Assembly (NCBI RefSeq): GCF_009914755.1
Contig: NC_060928.1
Length of the DNA stretch: 64,000 nt
Strand: one strand, 5' to 3'
Source: the human T2T-CHM13v2.0 reference genome, Homo sapiens
Shown piece after piece: positions 44,274 through 61,296 of the stretch. Each line of letters starts with the position of its first letter. The first letter of the stretch is position 1. The position numbers and the translations under genes were made by a program. Under the pieces are notes generated by a model. That model did not search any database. It worked only from the letters and a program-made list of their open reading frames with translations, and had not been told where the DNA came from.

Positions 44274-45911
44274 GAGCCAATGTGAAGAGAGAATCTCTGT
44301 GACAGGTGACATTAGGACAGGGCCCTAGGTCCCACCTGCCAAGCTGCTACAGCAGGATAAATGAGAGTCAGGTCCAGTCCCCACTCAAACACATGCCTAC
44401 TACTGTCCGCACACAGGAATATCTCCTGAATAGAGTGCAAAATTCAGTAAAGTCAGAACTAGAGTCAAATTTCTAGGTTCTCATGGGAAGTCAATTCATG
44501 AGATTTCATAATGTAGGCTGTAGCATGGGTAGCCCACTAAAAGTACAAATAGACATTCAGTTGAGTTAATTTAGCTGGGAGGCTAAAGTGAAGGCCCAAG
44601 GAGGCAGGAAGGGTAAGAAAAGTATCAGAGTGAAGGCGCGTATATCAGAACACCCAGGGCTGCAAAGACATCTCATTTACTTGGCGTCAAATACTTGGGA
44701 GTATTCATTAATGCTTAAAGTACTTAACAGTATTTTCTGCCCCTTTCTCTACCTAAGTAGGTTATAGGTTAAGGGAGTTAAAGTTAAGGCCCTTCAGAGG
44801 ATGTTTAAATGACAGCTTGCATTCCTCCCTCAAGAGTATGAGTTTGTGGTAATAAACGCCCTCAGTAGATGTGTTTCTGCCTCCAATCATTAGCCTCCTT
44901 CTTGTCTTTGCCCTGTAGGCTTCATTATCACTTTACTGATAAATACAGGAAAAAGAGAGATAAAGATGACCTTTATTACATCATTTGTGGTCAATATTGG
45001 AAGCAGAGTCCTCTGGTTACATAACTTTTGGTCAGGAGTGTGTTGGGGGTAGAGGTCTTGACATCATGCTCAGGGAGCTGAGTGCGTCTGTAAAGTCTCC
45101 ACCACCCATGACTTAATAAGTTGGGCATTTTATTCACTCAGATTTGGAGGCTTCTCAGCATATTCCTGTTGTCAGAACTTATATTTCAGCAGCATCGCAT
45201 GATATTTCACAGTGGAGGAAAGAGCCTAGAGCTCTGCTAAGCAGCCGTTCTTTTTAGGAGCTCTCATATGCGTAAGGAATACGGAAGTGCTGTGAAGAAT
45301 GTAAAGCTCTAAAAGTGTCAGTAGTTACCCCAGAGACATGGGCAGAAGCTAGGGAGTCAGGAGAATCTGTCCTCAAGTTGCTGCTTAATAACGTGCTTTG
45401 TTCTACAAGGCACTGGTGATCCTCTGCAGGGCCAGGCCTCCTAGTCAGTCATTCTTCTCCTGGCTTACTGCACTGAAGCCATTCTTTCTCCTGTTCGTTG
45501 GAAGACATTTGGGATTCATTCCTTTGACTGGAAACTAGGCTGTCCTTTTCCCCATTAGCCACTTTTGTCTTCACATGGTGGTTTTTCCTTGTCCTCTAGC
45601 TTTCAGTTTTATGTTACTTTCTCAGAGATGCCATGCCTGGCACAAAAAGTAGGCATTTGATAAATATTGACAGGATGAATAAATGATTTGTGGTGGTTGA
45701 AAGAGGTGAGTATATGAAGAATGTGGCAGAATGTCTGGTAAACAATAGGGCTCCTGAATTATTAGTTTTCTTACTCTAATGTTCAGAGTGATTCTGAAAT
45801 GGTCTGTAACCACACATGAAAAGTCAGCTTTGGTTGTAATCCCAATGATATGCACAGCCATTTAAAAGGTTTTGAATATGTTTAAAAATATTATTATGTT
45901 TTAATACAAAC

Positions 45912-45912
<1 letters not shown>

Positions 45913-45942
<30 letters not shown>

Positions 45943-45978
45943 ACAGACACACACAGAGACAGAGAGAGAGAGAGACAG
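45913..45978. repeat. (CA)n(GA)n compound microsatellite
   Basis: Direct reading. Confidence 0.95.
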
Positions 45979-45999
45979 AAAGTCTTTTCTATATTTTTT

Positions 46000-47380
46000 A
46001 ATGGATATTTTCTTTGTATTATCTTGCATGGAGTTCTCTGAGCTTCCTCTGTGGCCCGTTTGTTTTTATTAATATTGAAAAATTATTAATCATTATCTTT
46101 TCAAACAATTCTTCTACCTTGATTTTCTCTCTTCCTATTCAGGGGCTCCAATTACCTGTGTTTTTTTTTTCAAAATATTTAATATTGTTTCGCAGACCTT
46201 AGATACTCTTTTCATTTTAATTTTTCCCTCCTCTTAGTGTTTTAGTACATGCAATTTTAATGACCTATCTTCAAGTTCATTTCTTTTTTTCTCTGCTATG
46301 TCTGGCCCATCAAAGGAATTTTTCATCTTTGGTATGGTGTTTTTCACTTGTTGCATTTTCCTTTGGTTCTTAAGAGTTTCTATCTCTTTACTGAAATTCT
46401 TCATCTGCTTACACATATTGTACAACTTTTCTACTAGATCATTTAACATATTAATCACAGTTATTTTAAAGTCTCAGTCTGATAATGCCAACAACTTAGG
46501 CCATTTTTGGGTGTGATTCTGTTGGCTCTTTTACATTTTGACTATCTATTATTATTTTATATCTTAACAATGGGTCCATTTTTTTTCTCGCTCTTTTGGA
46601 GGTTGTATAATTTCTGATTAAATGCTGGACATGTGTATAACAGAACAGCAGAGATGGAGGTAAATAATTTTTATGTCCAGAAATGAGTATGCCTTTTCGC
46701 CTATAAAGCCGTGTGTGCGTGCATGTATGTGTGTGTTTGTGTGTGTGTTTGGGGGGAAGAGGAAGAGGTTGATTCTGTCTAGACTGCAGGTGAGCTGGGT
46801 TTGGGCTTTGTTGTTGCTTTAGTGCAATGAAGTCTTTAAATTCCTTTAGTAGGGTACAGCTACTGCCCTGTGCTTAGTATGAGACATGGAGCAACAGAAT
46901 TTCTCTCAGTATTTTTGTCCTACCTCAGATTTCAGTAGCACCCGTATGACTCTGCTATGGAGGGGATCTCTCTTCTTGCCCTTCTGTTAATAGCAGATGT
47001 CTGTTCTTTGGTATTTGGGGTAAGACTTATAGTGAAGAGAAAAAATTTCTTGGTTTTCCTGTCCCGGTTTCAGTCTTAGGGAGGCCCTATGTACCTAAAT
47101 CTTAGGGATAGGACTTTTTTCAAAATTCTTGATTCTCTCCAATAGCAAACATCCTCTGCTTCCTTCTTGGTATAGGGTCTGGAATACAACTGGGCTTCCT
47201 GTGTCTTCTCAGGGGCAAAGAAACACTGTCTTGTATCAGTGCAGAGTCTTGGATAAGTGGATTTCTTGCCTATATTCCTCCCTTAACAGCAGCAGATGGC
47301 TTCTGCCAGCTGTCAGTGAAGTACGTAGGACAGGTGGGTTTTGTGCCCTTCCTTCATTGGCAGATGGATTTTATTTGTGA
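46000..47380 (-). mobile_element. Old L1M fragment including a decayed ORF1 coiled-coil region
   Basis: ORF 46234-46458 (...KNTIPKMKNSFDG..IAEKKRNELEDRS) resembles L1 ORF1p. Confidence 0.7.
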
Positions 47381-48059
47381 TAATAAGGGTAATTTGTAGT
47401 GACAAATTGTTGTTGTTTTTTCATAAATTTGTGCATACTCTCCCAAGAATTCCTCAAAGTAAATACTAAGATTTGTGGGCTGACTTCAAACTTTTGGAAA
47501 AGCAAACCATTCATCCAGATCTTCCCCACAGCTCTTAACAACTAGATTGTCTTTGTAGAATAGTTATAGTTTATTTCATCTCTAGTTCTCATGGTTCTGT
47601 TTATCTTAATCTTGCCCTATGCTACTGGGTGCAGAGTCTTAACCAACTTTTCACTTAAAAGGGGTGAAAATTACTCAAAGGCATATGAATGGATGGCATT
47701 ATTCTTCATTTATGGACATCTGAAAGTTGGATTATATATTGGGTACATTTAAGTTAATACAAAAAATAATTGATTTAATGTTTTTATAGTTTTAAAATTA
47801 GATTTGTGGACTAGGAAGAAGTAGGGAACATGGGAGATTTTTCGAAGTGTAGTGCTTGGTTGTTCTGGGGAAGTTAGGTAGATGAGGATAAAAAAGTCTT
47901 CCGTGCTTCTTAGAAGGGCAAGGCAGTTCTGTCATGAAGGAAGACAAATGAAAAATTGCTTTACCACAGGCTCAACTCCACGTAATGCAGACAAATTCAC
48001 ATTTGCATATTTCTGGGGCAACCAAGGTTAAGATTTTTAAGATTAAGATTTTAACTAAT

Positions 48060-48480
48060 TTCTTTTTTTATTTTTACTTTTTAAACTTTTATTTTAGGTT
48101 CAGGACTACATGTACAGGCTTGTTATATAGGCAAATTGCATGTCACAGGGGTTTGTTGTACAGATTATTTCATCACCCAGGTAGTAAGCATAGTACCTAA
48201 TAGGTAGTTTTTTGATCCTCACCCTCCTCCCACTATCCACTCTCAGGTAGGCATTGGTGTCTGTTGTTCCCTTCTTTGTGTCCATATGTACTCAGTGTTT
48301 TGCTCCTACTTATAAGTGAGAACATGTGATACTTGGTTTTCTGTTCCTGTGTGAGTTTGCTTAGGATAATGGCCTCCAGCTCCATCCATGTTGCTGCAAA
48401 GGACACAATCTTGTTCTTTTTTATGGCTGCGTAGTACTCCATGGTGTATATGTACCAAATTTTCTTTATCCAGTCTACTA
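48060..48480 (-). mobile_element. 5'-truncated L1PA/PB 3' end
   Basis: ORF MEYYAAIKKN...WMELEAIILS is L1 3'-end derived; TSD ttttaact(a/g)atttctt. Confidence 0.9.
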
Positions 48481-48877
48481 TTTTTAACTGATTTCTTGGA
48501 AGATTGGCTTCTGGTCTGTGCTTTATCTCCTGTGAGATATTACTTTTTTTCCTGCTAATGATCTTCAGATATAGTTCTTACCTTTCCTTTTAGGTACCTA
48601 CTTCTGCAACTTGGATCATACTTCTAGGTCCCAGGTTTGTGGCCATGAAAGGCTGATGCACAATCTCAGATTTAATGAAATGGTGTCATGTGTCTCTTCA
48701 ATAACATCCCTGTGTGTATAAGTTTTTAAATAAAAAACATAGCACTCTTCTTTTTGTGAGAAATAAGGATTTATCAATTTGAAGAGATAATAAATGATGA
48801 GTTCCTTACCAGTTAAACCTGTTTCTAAAATAGAGGTCTCTTCATAACTCATGGTCTGGCTTCTGTAAGTTCCATGC

Positions 48878-49241
48878 TGCTATAAACTGAATGTTTGTGT
48901 CCTCCCTCCCCACCAAATTCATACGTTGAATTCCTAACCGCCAATGTGACGGCCCTTGGAGATGAAGTTATGGGTAAGTGGTTAGGTCATGGGGGCAGAG
49001 CCCCCATATGTGTGATTAGTGTCTTGAAAAGAGACTACAGAGAACTCATTTTCCTTTTCTGCCATGTAAGAATACAGCGAAAAGATGGCCATATATGAAC
49101 CAGGAAGTGGGCCCTCTCCAGACACTGAATCTTTTGGCACCTTGACCTTGAACTTCCCCTCCTTCAGAACTCTGAGAAGTAAATTTCTGTTGGTTATAAG
49201 CCACCTAGTCTATGGTATTGCTTCCTGAGCAAACTAAGACA
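48878..49241 (+). mobile_element. MLT1A-like solo LTR
   Basis: tgctat..actgaatgtttgtgtcc ... actaagaca. Confidence 0.82.
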
Positions 49242-50213
49242 CAAGTCTATGTTTTTGGAAATGCACTGTCCTGCACACAGTGTAAATCCATGGTAAAAAT
49301 TTTTAAAATGATTATCATATTTAAAACTGCTTTCATTTACCTTTTTCATACTTCACTTAATAAAACATGACCTAGAAATGATAAAAATGAAAGGCAGCAT
49401 GCTTTTTTAGTAAAAAAGTAAGACGAATATGCTCTGAAAACTTTCAAAGTTAATATAAATGCAGTGATGGTCATTAGATTTCCACTGCCTTGAGCTTCAC
49501 TGTGGAATTCCCCTAGCTTTCAGAGGAACTGCTGTCCAACTTGGCCTTTCAGTTGGTGTCAAGAGGTTTTGATTTCCTTCTGAAAGGCAAACTGAGTCCG
49601 ACGGTGTACTTGCATTCTGTTATTCTTTCTTGCTCTCCATCATTTGTCTTTATAAGGATGTGTATTTTCCAAGGGTAGGCACACACACATGAATAGCCAA
49701 CAGCTAGGCCATTCCTCCAAGCCATCCCTGCTCTCCTCCTCTTTACTTCCTGAATTACTCCAAATTTTTGTATTCTCACAACCTTGTAACTGTCTCATTG
49801 AACATACCACACTTCATTACATTTTTCTTTATATTTTTATATTTCCAGTCTAAGCTCGATGGCAGAGACCATGCCCTATTCTTTTTTACTGACAAAGCCT
49901 AGCATAGCTGTTTCTCAAGAAATGTTTGATTTACTTAAGCGCTTATAGAGGGCATTATCTATTGGAGGGAGTAGTGTAGGGGTGAAGAAATCACAGATTT
50001 CTTGGATACTCTATTATCAGTTCCAGATCTTTCATTCACTGTGTTTACTTTTCTAAACCTGATACATAAATACTAATTTGTTACCTGCAGAGCAAAGAGT
50101 TAGAGCAGTTGGCATATAACCCATTTCTACTACTGATTATGAGAGAAACACACCCAGAGAAACAAGAGAAGGCGGGCCACCCAGTCCCATCTCCTCAGAA
50201 ACAAGGTATTTGA

Positions 50214-50513
<300 letters not shown>

Positions 50514-50531
50514 AGAAACAAGGTATTTGGA

Positions 50532-50930
50532 TGTTTTAGTCAGTTTGGGCTGCTGTCATAGATTACCACAGACTGGGTGGCTTAAGCAACAAACTTTATC
50601 TATCAGTTTTGGAAGCTAGGAAGTCCAAAATCTAGGCATAGGAAGATTCAGTGTCTGTGAGGGCCCACTTTCTGTCTCATAGATGGCTATCTTTTTGCTG
50701 TGTCTTTATATGCAGAAAGAGGGCTAGAGAGCTCTCTGAGGTGTCTTTTACAAGAGCACTAATCCTATTCATATGGGTTCCACCTTAAGGACTTAATTAC
50801 TTCTCAATTAATAGCAGCCCAGACTGACTGAAACATCCAGACACCTTGTCCCAAAGACTCCATTTCCTGATACTATCAAATTGAAGTTTAGATTTTCAAT
50901 GTATACATCTGGGGAACACACATTTATTCC
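50532..50930 (-). mobile_element. MLT1A-like LTR
   Basis: tgttttagtcagtttgggctgct...cacagactgggtggctta. Confidence 0.75.
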
Positions 50931-52209
50931 CTATCTCCACACCAGCAGGCAAATAGACGAGTGATACTTGCTAAGAGGGAGATCTTTTGTCTATGATACA
51001 CATTGAGCAGAATGTCTCTGGTTTAGGGTTGCTTAGGGTAAACAATCTTATATATTATCTATACATGTATGAGGCATAGCTATCTCAATAATGTTGCACA
51101 AGTTGCAAAAACACTCTGGGTTAAAATGAAGATGTTTCATGGCTTAAATTCTCCCCGCTATGTGAGGTGACCTGCAAACTTCATTAGAGAACTCACTTAT
51201 CACTCTGGGCCTGAAAGTCTAGACGACTATGAAAAAGAAAGAGCCAGAACATGTGGGATGTCTCGTACCTGTCATTGCTTTGCTTGTGCCCCTTGATTGC
51301 TTGTATCCTTGAAATTATTAATTAAGTTTGACATTGGGTAAGTTCTTTGAGTCACATGATTCTGATTCAATAGCAGGACCTTTTGTGTCAGCTCACTACC
51401 TAGTGGAATTCTTGTGAGGATTGACTGATTTAATGCAGATCAAGTACTTAGTACAATACCTGGCACATATTAAGTGCTTAAAGGTTTGCTATTATTATGG
51501 GCACTCATTAGTAAGAGTAGTAGTAATAGTATAGGTAGTAGTAGTTGCGGCAGTAGTAGCAATGGTGATAGCGTGGGCTGAAATGACTGCTGGTTCTTTA
51601 TACTGTACACACATATACGTCTATTCTGTATCAGCAACAGTAGCTGCTAGCTGTAACTCAATGTTTACCAGCTCAAAGCTGTACCTCAACCTCATTTAGT
51701 GGCTCAATTATTATTTATTACAAGCTTGTGGTTTGTCAGACACCGTTCTAAGCTCTTGAGGCCACATACTGGAGGGGGAAAAATGAAAATTTAAAAATGA
51801 ACATATAATACACCTTTGCAGGTAGTGTAGGTGATATGAAGAAAATAATGCGGAGTAAAGATATAGAAGGAGATGAGGGGAGAGTTTGGAGCTAGGGAGG
51901 GGTGTGATCTAAGCTGTAGGTGGAAATGATGGCTCTGATTGTATCTAATATTCCATCCTTAATATATATTTTCAAGTGTCTGTCTTACTATCCTGAATCC
52001 TTACCACATCTTACCATTTAGCAGCCAGTAAAGGACCCAACAGTAACCCATTCTTCAACTACAAGTTAAATCATGCTTCTATAAGCCTTATTTCTAAGGT
52101 CTTACAATAACAGCATCTCAGGTGTTTTTATGTCATTATTTTTGATACACATAGAGAAGGAACTTCTGAAGAAATGAAACATTACATACACACTTTCTGA
52201 TGCATTCTA

Positions 52210-52534
52210 TTTCTTTTCTTTTCTTTTCTTTTTTCTTTTTCTTTCTTTTTTTGAGATGGAGTCTTGCTCTGTCACCCAGGCTAGAGTGCAGTGGTGTGAT
52301 GTCTGCTCACTGCAACCTCCGCCTCCTGGGTTCAAGCGATTCTCCCATCTCAGCCTTCTGAGTAGCTAGGATTACAGGTGTGCACCACCACACCTGGCTA
52401 ATTTTTGTATTTTTAGTAGAGATGGGGTTTCACCATTTTGGCCAGGCTGGTCTCGAACTCCCGACCTCAGGTGATCTGCGCGCCTTGGCCTCCCAAAGTG
52501 CTGGGATTACAGGCGTGAACCATCGCGCCTGACC
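52210..52534 (-). mobile_element. AluS
   Basis: Full dimer with (TTTTC)n tail. Confidence 0.93.
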
Positions 52535-52754
52535 GGACGCATTTTACTTCGAAAGCTCATTGATTTGAAGGCTCAGGTTCATTCTGTGGAGTCTTTCATC
52601 AGTTTCTTTTCCAGTTATACGATTCAGGGTTCCCGCATCACAAACTCACTGTCTCACTAGGCTGGCATTATATCTGTTTTAACAGTCTTCTTTCTTGGAG
52701 TGATCCTCTTTAGGTAAAAACTAAGTCACTTCAGTTGATTTTAATCTCTCTCTT

Positions 52755-53030
52755 TTTATGGTTTCAGATTTTAGATTCGGCGGTACATGGGCTTGTTTTT
52801 TACATGGGTATTACATGAGTAATGGTGGGGGTTGGGATTCTAGTGTATCCATCCTCCAAATATTGGACATTGTACCCAGTAGGTAAGTTTTCAACCCTCA
52901 CTCCCCTCCCACCCTCCTCCGTGTGGAGTTCCCAGAGTCTATATTCCCCATCTTTTTGTCCATGTGTACAATTTATTTAGCTCCCACTTATAAGTGAGGA
53001 CATGAATATTTGATTTTCTGCTTCTGTGTA
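52755..53030 (-). mobile_element. L1PB-like 3' end fragment
   Basis: ttagattcgg...ttagctcccacttataagtgag; similar to the copy at ~3110-3350. Confidence 0.8.
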
Positions 53031-54313
53031 GTTTATACAAGAAACAATTATTAGCTATTCACCCAGTGCTAGGTACAGTGCTAGGCAACAGACTCTCTAG
53101 GAGATCGTGGGGCACACGGGCCCCAAATTCTAGTCCCAAATAATACAAGATAGTAGTTTCTGTAAGTGAGATTTGTGCAAAGTGCTATGGGAGCCCAGAG
53201 GAGTGGGTTGTTAAGCAGGCTGGGGACTAGCAGAAGCCTTAAAGGAAGTAATTATGCGCAGGCTGCAGGACAGTCACTGCATTCTTCAAAGTGGAGACAG
53301 AGCTATTATGTTCTCCACTGTCGGAGGTGAAGTGATTATGTTTCTATGGGTAGGGAAGCTAGTCATCTGCTTGCTTCTCATCTATCCTAGCTTTTTATAC
53401 CCATGGGAACTTTAACATTGCTGTAAAGATATGGTTAGAAAAAAGCTCTATACTATATTGTGCTCAGTGCAATAATGGGATTAATCCTTGTTTGTATTTG
53501 GACCTGAAGAAACAAAGTGAAATGCTTAATCTTTGAATGTATCTTTGCTTTTTACAATCCTCTTTTGTTTCTGTGGAAACAGTTGTAGAGCAGTGTTTTG
53601 GGAGATGCATATTGAAAACAGACATTTAACACTTTAAGACAATGTTTCCCAAACTTACTTGATCTTGTACCTATTTTTTTGCTTAACTGATTAACATCCA
53701 CAGCACCATTTGAGGAGTGCTGATCTGGAGTAATAAACTGACTTTTCCGTTTGGGATCGGGACACTTCCTTTTGTTTGTCTCTATCTGTGTGTATCCAGG
53801 TGCACATACTGAGTAGTGATGATTCGGTGTGTGCTTCGTTGCTTTAGTGGATGTGTGCATGTGGGTCCAAGCATCAATCTTTTACCACTAGAGGCCATAT
53901 ACTTAGGTGTGCAAACATGTCAAGACAGATGTGCTCATTCACACTGCTGATTGTGTGTATGCACAGGTGCATGTGGCGTGTACATGTGGCCATCTTTGCA
54001 ACTATCACAGCATGTTTACCAAAGATTCCAGAACCAATATGTGATAGGAGCTAAATATGCACTTTGATAAATGAACTTGAAGACTCCATTTTCCTACGAA
54101 ATGGAAAACTTCTTTTCGAGAAACAGTTCAATTCAAGGTTCTTGGAAATAGCTAATAAGTTATTGGTAACTTTAGGGTTACAAAATTTATCTCTGAAGAT
54201 TTACCAGTTCCTAAAGTTATTTCTTTTAAGGGGTATTTATGCTGTTTTCCACACTAAGTATGGTTCATTTTTGCGTATTATGTATTTAATTCAGCAACAG
54301 ATATTATTGGATA

Positions 54314-54669
54314 CTATAGTAGTTATCTACTGTGGGATAATAAATTATACCTGAGCTTAGTGGCTTAAAACAACACACGTTTACTATCTCATAGTTTTTA
54401 TGGGTCAGGAATTTGGCCATAGCTTACCTGAGTCTTCTGCTTCAGGAATTCTTACAAGGCTGCAGTCAAGGCGTCAGCAGGTCTGTGGTCTTATCTGAAT
54501 ACACAGTTGGAAGGATCTGCTTCTGAGCTTGAGCAGGTAATTCTTAGCAGGATTTAGTTTCTCAGCTCAGGAGGTGGGTTGAGAGTCTCAGTTCCTCACA
54601 GGCTATTGGTGAGACCCCATCACTCTTTCTGCATTCTGTTCATGAGAAGCAAGTTACTAGGTCCAATCC

Positions 54670-54709
<40 letters not shown>

Positions 54710-54780
54710 GATTACATAAGGCATGATGACCAGGAGGTGGGAGTCATTGGAGGTCATTTTGGAATCTACCTAATACTACA
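54314..54780 (-). mobile_element. MLT1-type LTR containing (CA)n at 54672-54707
   Basis: cttagtggcttaaaacaaca...ggtcaggaatttgg...aaggctgcagtcaagg. Confidence 0.7.
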
Positions 54781-54862
54781 GATACTATATGCTGGCTTCT
54801 GTAAACGCCTCATATAACATAGTGTTCATCAAGAAAATGCACCTTTAAAAAACGTCATTTCT

Positions 54863-55159
<297 letters not shown>

Positions 55160-57997
55160 TCAATTCTTAAAAAACATCTCCTATTTCTTCCATTTAACCA
55201 CTACCACTCAGGCCTGGCCCTTTTGCCTTTTGTATCTGAACTTTGTCAGTGGCCCCCTAATTAGACTCCCTGACTTCAGCCTTGTCTTTCTTATTGCTGC
55301 CAAAGTAATTTTCCTAAGACCTGCCCTTTTCAACCTTAAGTGGCTGCTTCTTTCTGAGTACGCACTGTTTTTCAACTTAAAAAATCATGTACTCTTTGAC
55401 AAATATAAAAATTGCATCTTTTCCTTTACTATAAATTGAAATTTCAAAATAAATATCATGAGAAAAAGAAATAAAAACAACGATATTTTGCTCCAATTAA
55501 GCTGTTAAATTGAATTTCACTCACTTTGAGCATGAAGTCCCTGCTGTTTAGCCTGGTTTGCAAAGTCCACCACAATCTCCATCAGTCCTTCCTTCTTAAT
55601 ACAAGCCTTCCATTCTAGTACACTGGTTTTTCATTATTTTGTGGATATATTTTTGGTATTTTGTGCTTTTGAACTTCTACTCCTTTATTGTAAAATATTT
55701 AAAGTTATACATAGAAATGGAAAAAAAAAACTCTCATGTTACTTCCATCTGATTAGGATGTCTTTTCGGAGGAGGTAATCTATGGTTAAAGGACACAAAA
55801 CGGATGGAGAAAAGATGCTCTGAAATGCACACAAAGGCTGTAGGTATTTAGAAATCTCCTTATTGCTTTATGCATAGAACAGGGTGAAACACAAAGGGAA
55901 CCATTTTAAAACAATCTTTTCCTCAAACACTGTAAAAAAAAAGACATATTAGTATGTAATGACACATGTAATGATAATCTCCTTAACAAACATTTAAGAT
56001 CAACTTTATTTTACAATTTTGCAACAAAGACAAAGTAAAATAAAATTAGTTAATTACTTGTTACTTACTAAAGAATTACCTAAGTAGAGAAGGTTCAGTC
56101 TCTGATTTTGGAATTTCTATGCCTACCTTGCCTACTGTTCCTTCTTAGAAATCTATACTGTGAACATGCGCTACTCATAATTCTAGTTATCCTACTCATG
56201 AGAAGCACTCATTTTATGCCCTTGAATAAAAGAAGAAGAGAAGTTATTGCTTCTTTGATGGGAACAGATTTCTAGATGATAAGGCCTGCACTGCCATTCT
56301 CTCTTTGCTCTCGTAAATGTGCATCCATTCTGAAGAGGTTTCCTGTGGAAGTTAGAGAACTTCTTGTATTTCAGAACTGTCCATTTCAGATGTTAGCCAG
56401 ACAAGGTGATCTTACAAGTGCACACCACCAATTCCTCCGTGTTTATATAAGAGGCAAGTAAGGGAATGTATTCCAATTTCTGTATCATATGGTGTTTTTC
56501 TTTCTATGTTATCCTTAGAAATAAATGTGGAAATTATTGAGGAAAAGATAAAACCAACCAACCAGACAAGTTACTTTTTTAAAATCACAAATGAAGTGTG
56601 ATGAGAAATGAAGGCAAATAAGCTAGACAAACGTTTGGCAGAAAGGGTATAGTTCATTTCAGATTTTACTGGCTTGTTGAGTGTGCTAGAGTGTACTGTA
56701 ATCCTGAAGACATTTTTTTTTCATTTTCCACAAAAGGTAAATAGCCTTTTCCAGGGACTTGAGGGTCAGTTGAGTGTAATCATATATATTTATTAGAACA
56801 TAAATAATTTTATAAAATGCAGCCATTTTATGATTATAGTCAATGTCAGGAAATAAGCAGAAGTATTTTTCTTCACATACATCTAGATGGAAAGAAGTTG
56901 CTCTATGCCTCCCTTTTACTACAGTGTTCTCACAGCTCCTCTGGATTGAAGTAAATGGGAAAGTTTTTGAGGTCCATCTGACATGAGAAATCCCCTGATT
57001 ACTATGAAGTCAGAAGTAGTGGAGAGATTAACGGTTTATAACTCCCAATAAAGCATTTCCTTCATAAGTCTGATTAAAGTGATTTATCAACAAAAACTTA
57101 CTTATAAAAGTTGCGTGTTTGATAGACAAACATAAAAATTCAGTTTTTCATGCTGGGACATGTCAAGAACAAACATTCGTCTATTAGGGTGCCCCTCTCA
57201 ACTGATGGAAAGGGACCTTGACAGGCTAGATAAGCTACTTGGGGATTTTGCCTTGGACAGCCTGTGTTCGTCTTTCAGCTGTGTAGGTAAGTCATACATT
57301 TTGTGGTCACTAGATGGCAGTATAACACCAATGAAAAATCTAGGAAAACCAATTTTTCCCAACTTCAAAGCAAGTTTAATGTATTTTTATGCTAAGGCAG
57401 TTTTAAAAAGACTCTCCAGAGTATGCTAGGAGTAAAAATATATAAACCTATTTTTTAAAAGTATCAAACCAAATTATTCTTAAGAGTGAAAAATTGTCTG
57501 ACTTCCCTTTTAGCCTTCAGACAATTCAGATTTGTAACTTTGTTTATGTATCTGGAATATTCTGAAATAATCTTGTAACATTCTTTTTTCTTATTCCTTG
57601 AGGAAGTTTTGATACCTCCCAGATGCAAACAAGTGAGTGAAGAAAGATGATACTATTGTAGTCACACGAAAGAAAAAAGATAAGAAAAAACACACCTCAA
57701 AACCCACACAAATCGCGCCTACGCATAAACAACCCTTCTCAATTGTACTCAGGCATAACCATCTATATATTTGCCTTAAGTACTTTGTCACCTATGTGGT
57801 TCTTATTTAGGTTTTCTGTCTATTTCTAATGTATCTAGCAACCCTTTATTGCTTCATCAGGGCACTTTTTCCAGAAGATGATCTCTTTGTAATGCTGTCA
57901 CAAATATGGAGCCTGCACTAGAATCCAATGCTAACTGCTTCTTGGTGCAGTTTATTCATTCAACACATATTGGTAAGCATCTTCTAAGTAATGGCAC

Positions 57998-58365
57998 TGA
58001 CATGGTTAGGCTTTGTGTCTCCACCCAAATCTCATCTTGAATTGTGATCCCCAGGTATTGTGGGAGAGATCTGGTGGGAGGTGATTGAATTATGGGGGCA
58101 GTTTCCCCCACGCTGTTCTTGTGAGAGTGAGTGAGTTCTCACAAGATCTGATGGTTTTATAAAGGGCTCTTCCCTCTTCTCTTGCTACGCACAGTCTTTC
58201 CAGCCTGCTGCCATGTAAGACGTACCCCTTCCCCTTATGCCATGATTGTAAGTTTCCTGAGGCCTCCCAAGCCATGTGGAACTGTAAGTCAATGAAACCT
58301 ATTTTCTTTATAAATTACCCAGCTTTGGGTATGTCTTTATAGCGGTGTGAAAACAGACTAATACA
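57998..58365 (+). mobile_element. THE1D/MSTA-type MaLR solo LTR
   Basis: TG...CA termini and 5-bp TSD GGCAC (57993-57997 / 58366-58370). Confidence 0.9.
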
Positions 58366-58369
58366 GGCA

Positions 58370-60200
<1,831 letters not shown>

Positions 60201-61296
60201 AGTCTAACCACAGAGACTCTTTATTAGGTACTGGGAAAGTTTCCTGGAGTAACAAAGTAGCTTTCCTAGAATAAGAAAGTTTGAAAGTTCTACAAACTTT
60301 CAAATACAGTATCAATGTAGGTGGCAGCCTGGAGTATGTCCCGATAGTTCCTAAGGAATTTCATATACATATGAGGTGTCATTTTTATCTTTGAAAATGA
60401 CTTTGTGATACCTGTATGTTGAAGCAGTAGAGGCCTTAGGGCAGTTGTCACCAAGTGGTGACAGCATATACCTGTCTTGTGCCCCTCAGCAGAAGCAGAA
60501 GCATTTTGGGAACTTGGTGTGTGCTCCTCACGGTAGCTGACCAGGGACGCAATCGAGTCTGAGAGCTGTCAGGCAGGGCGTTGAGCCCCGTGGCTGCCAC
60601 TTATCACCTATGTAACTTTGGGCAGGTTGTTTAAACTTTCTGTGTGTCCATTTCTTTCTTAGCAAAATAAGCATAAAACTAGTTTTGCCACGAGGAACAA
60701 ACAAGGATATGATTTTACTAAAATTGCTTATAACATAGGAAGGCTTCAGTCAAGAGCAGGCATGACTCTTTTTATTGCTGTGAATCACCATGGACTTTGT
60801 TTTTAAGATTGAGAATACGAAAGAAGTCAGATGTATTTCTGGTTGAGAAAAAAAGACCAGATTAGACAATAAAATACCGATTTTCCATTTATCATCATTT
60901 CATCTAGACTCTCAAACAGCAAAACTGAAAAATAATAACAGATATTTATGGACCTCTTAGTACTAGCAAAGCAGTGTACATGTATTCTCTTACTGTATCT
61001 TTACCACTCTGTATGGCCAGTAGAATTTCCCCTGTTTCACAGATCAGGAATCTGAGCCTTGGAGTCTTCACTGAGGGTACAAAGCTAGTCAGTGGCAGAT
61101 CCAGGATTTGAAAGAAGTTGTCCTCTTTCAAGTTCTGCAAACCAATGTTCCAACTTTCTCCTAATACAGAACCTATTTATTTTAGCAGGTCACGTCTGAA
61201 ATGTACTGCTTATAATGGAAGCCTTTAATATAGCAATGTACTTTTGAGGAGTATGGAGAAGAAAACCAGGAGAATATCCCTGCTATTTCAAATGCT

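Noticed and set aside
46234-48442. Protein-like ORFs at 46234-46458 and 48233-48442
   Set aside because: Decayed L1 sequence, not host genes.
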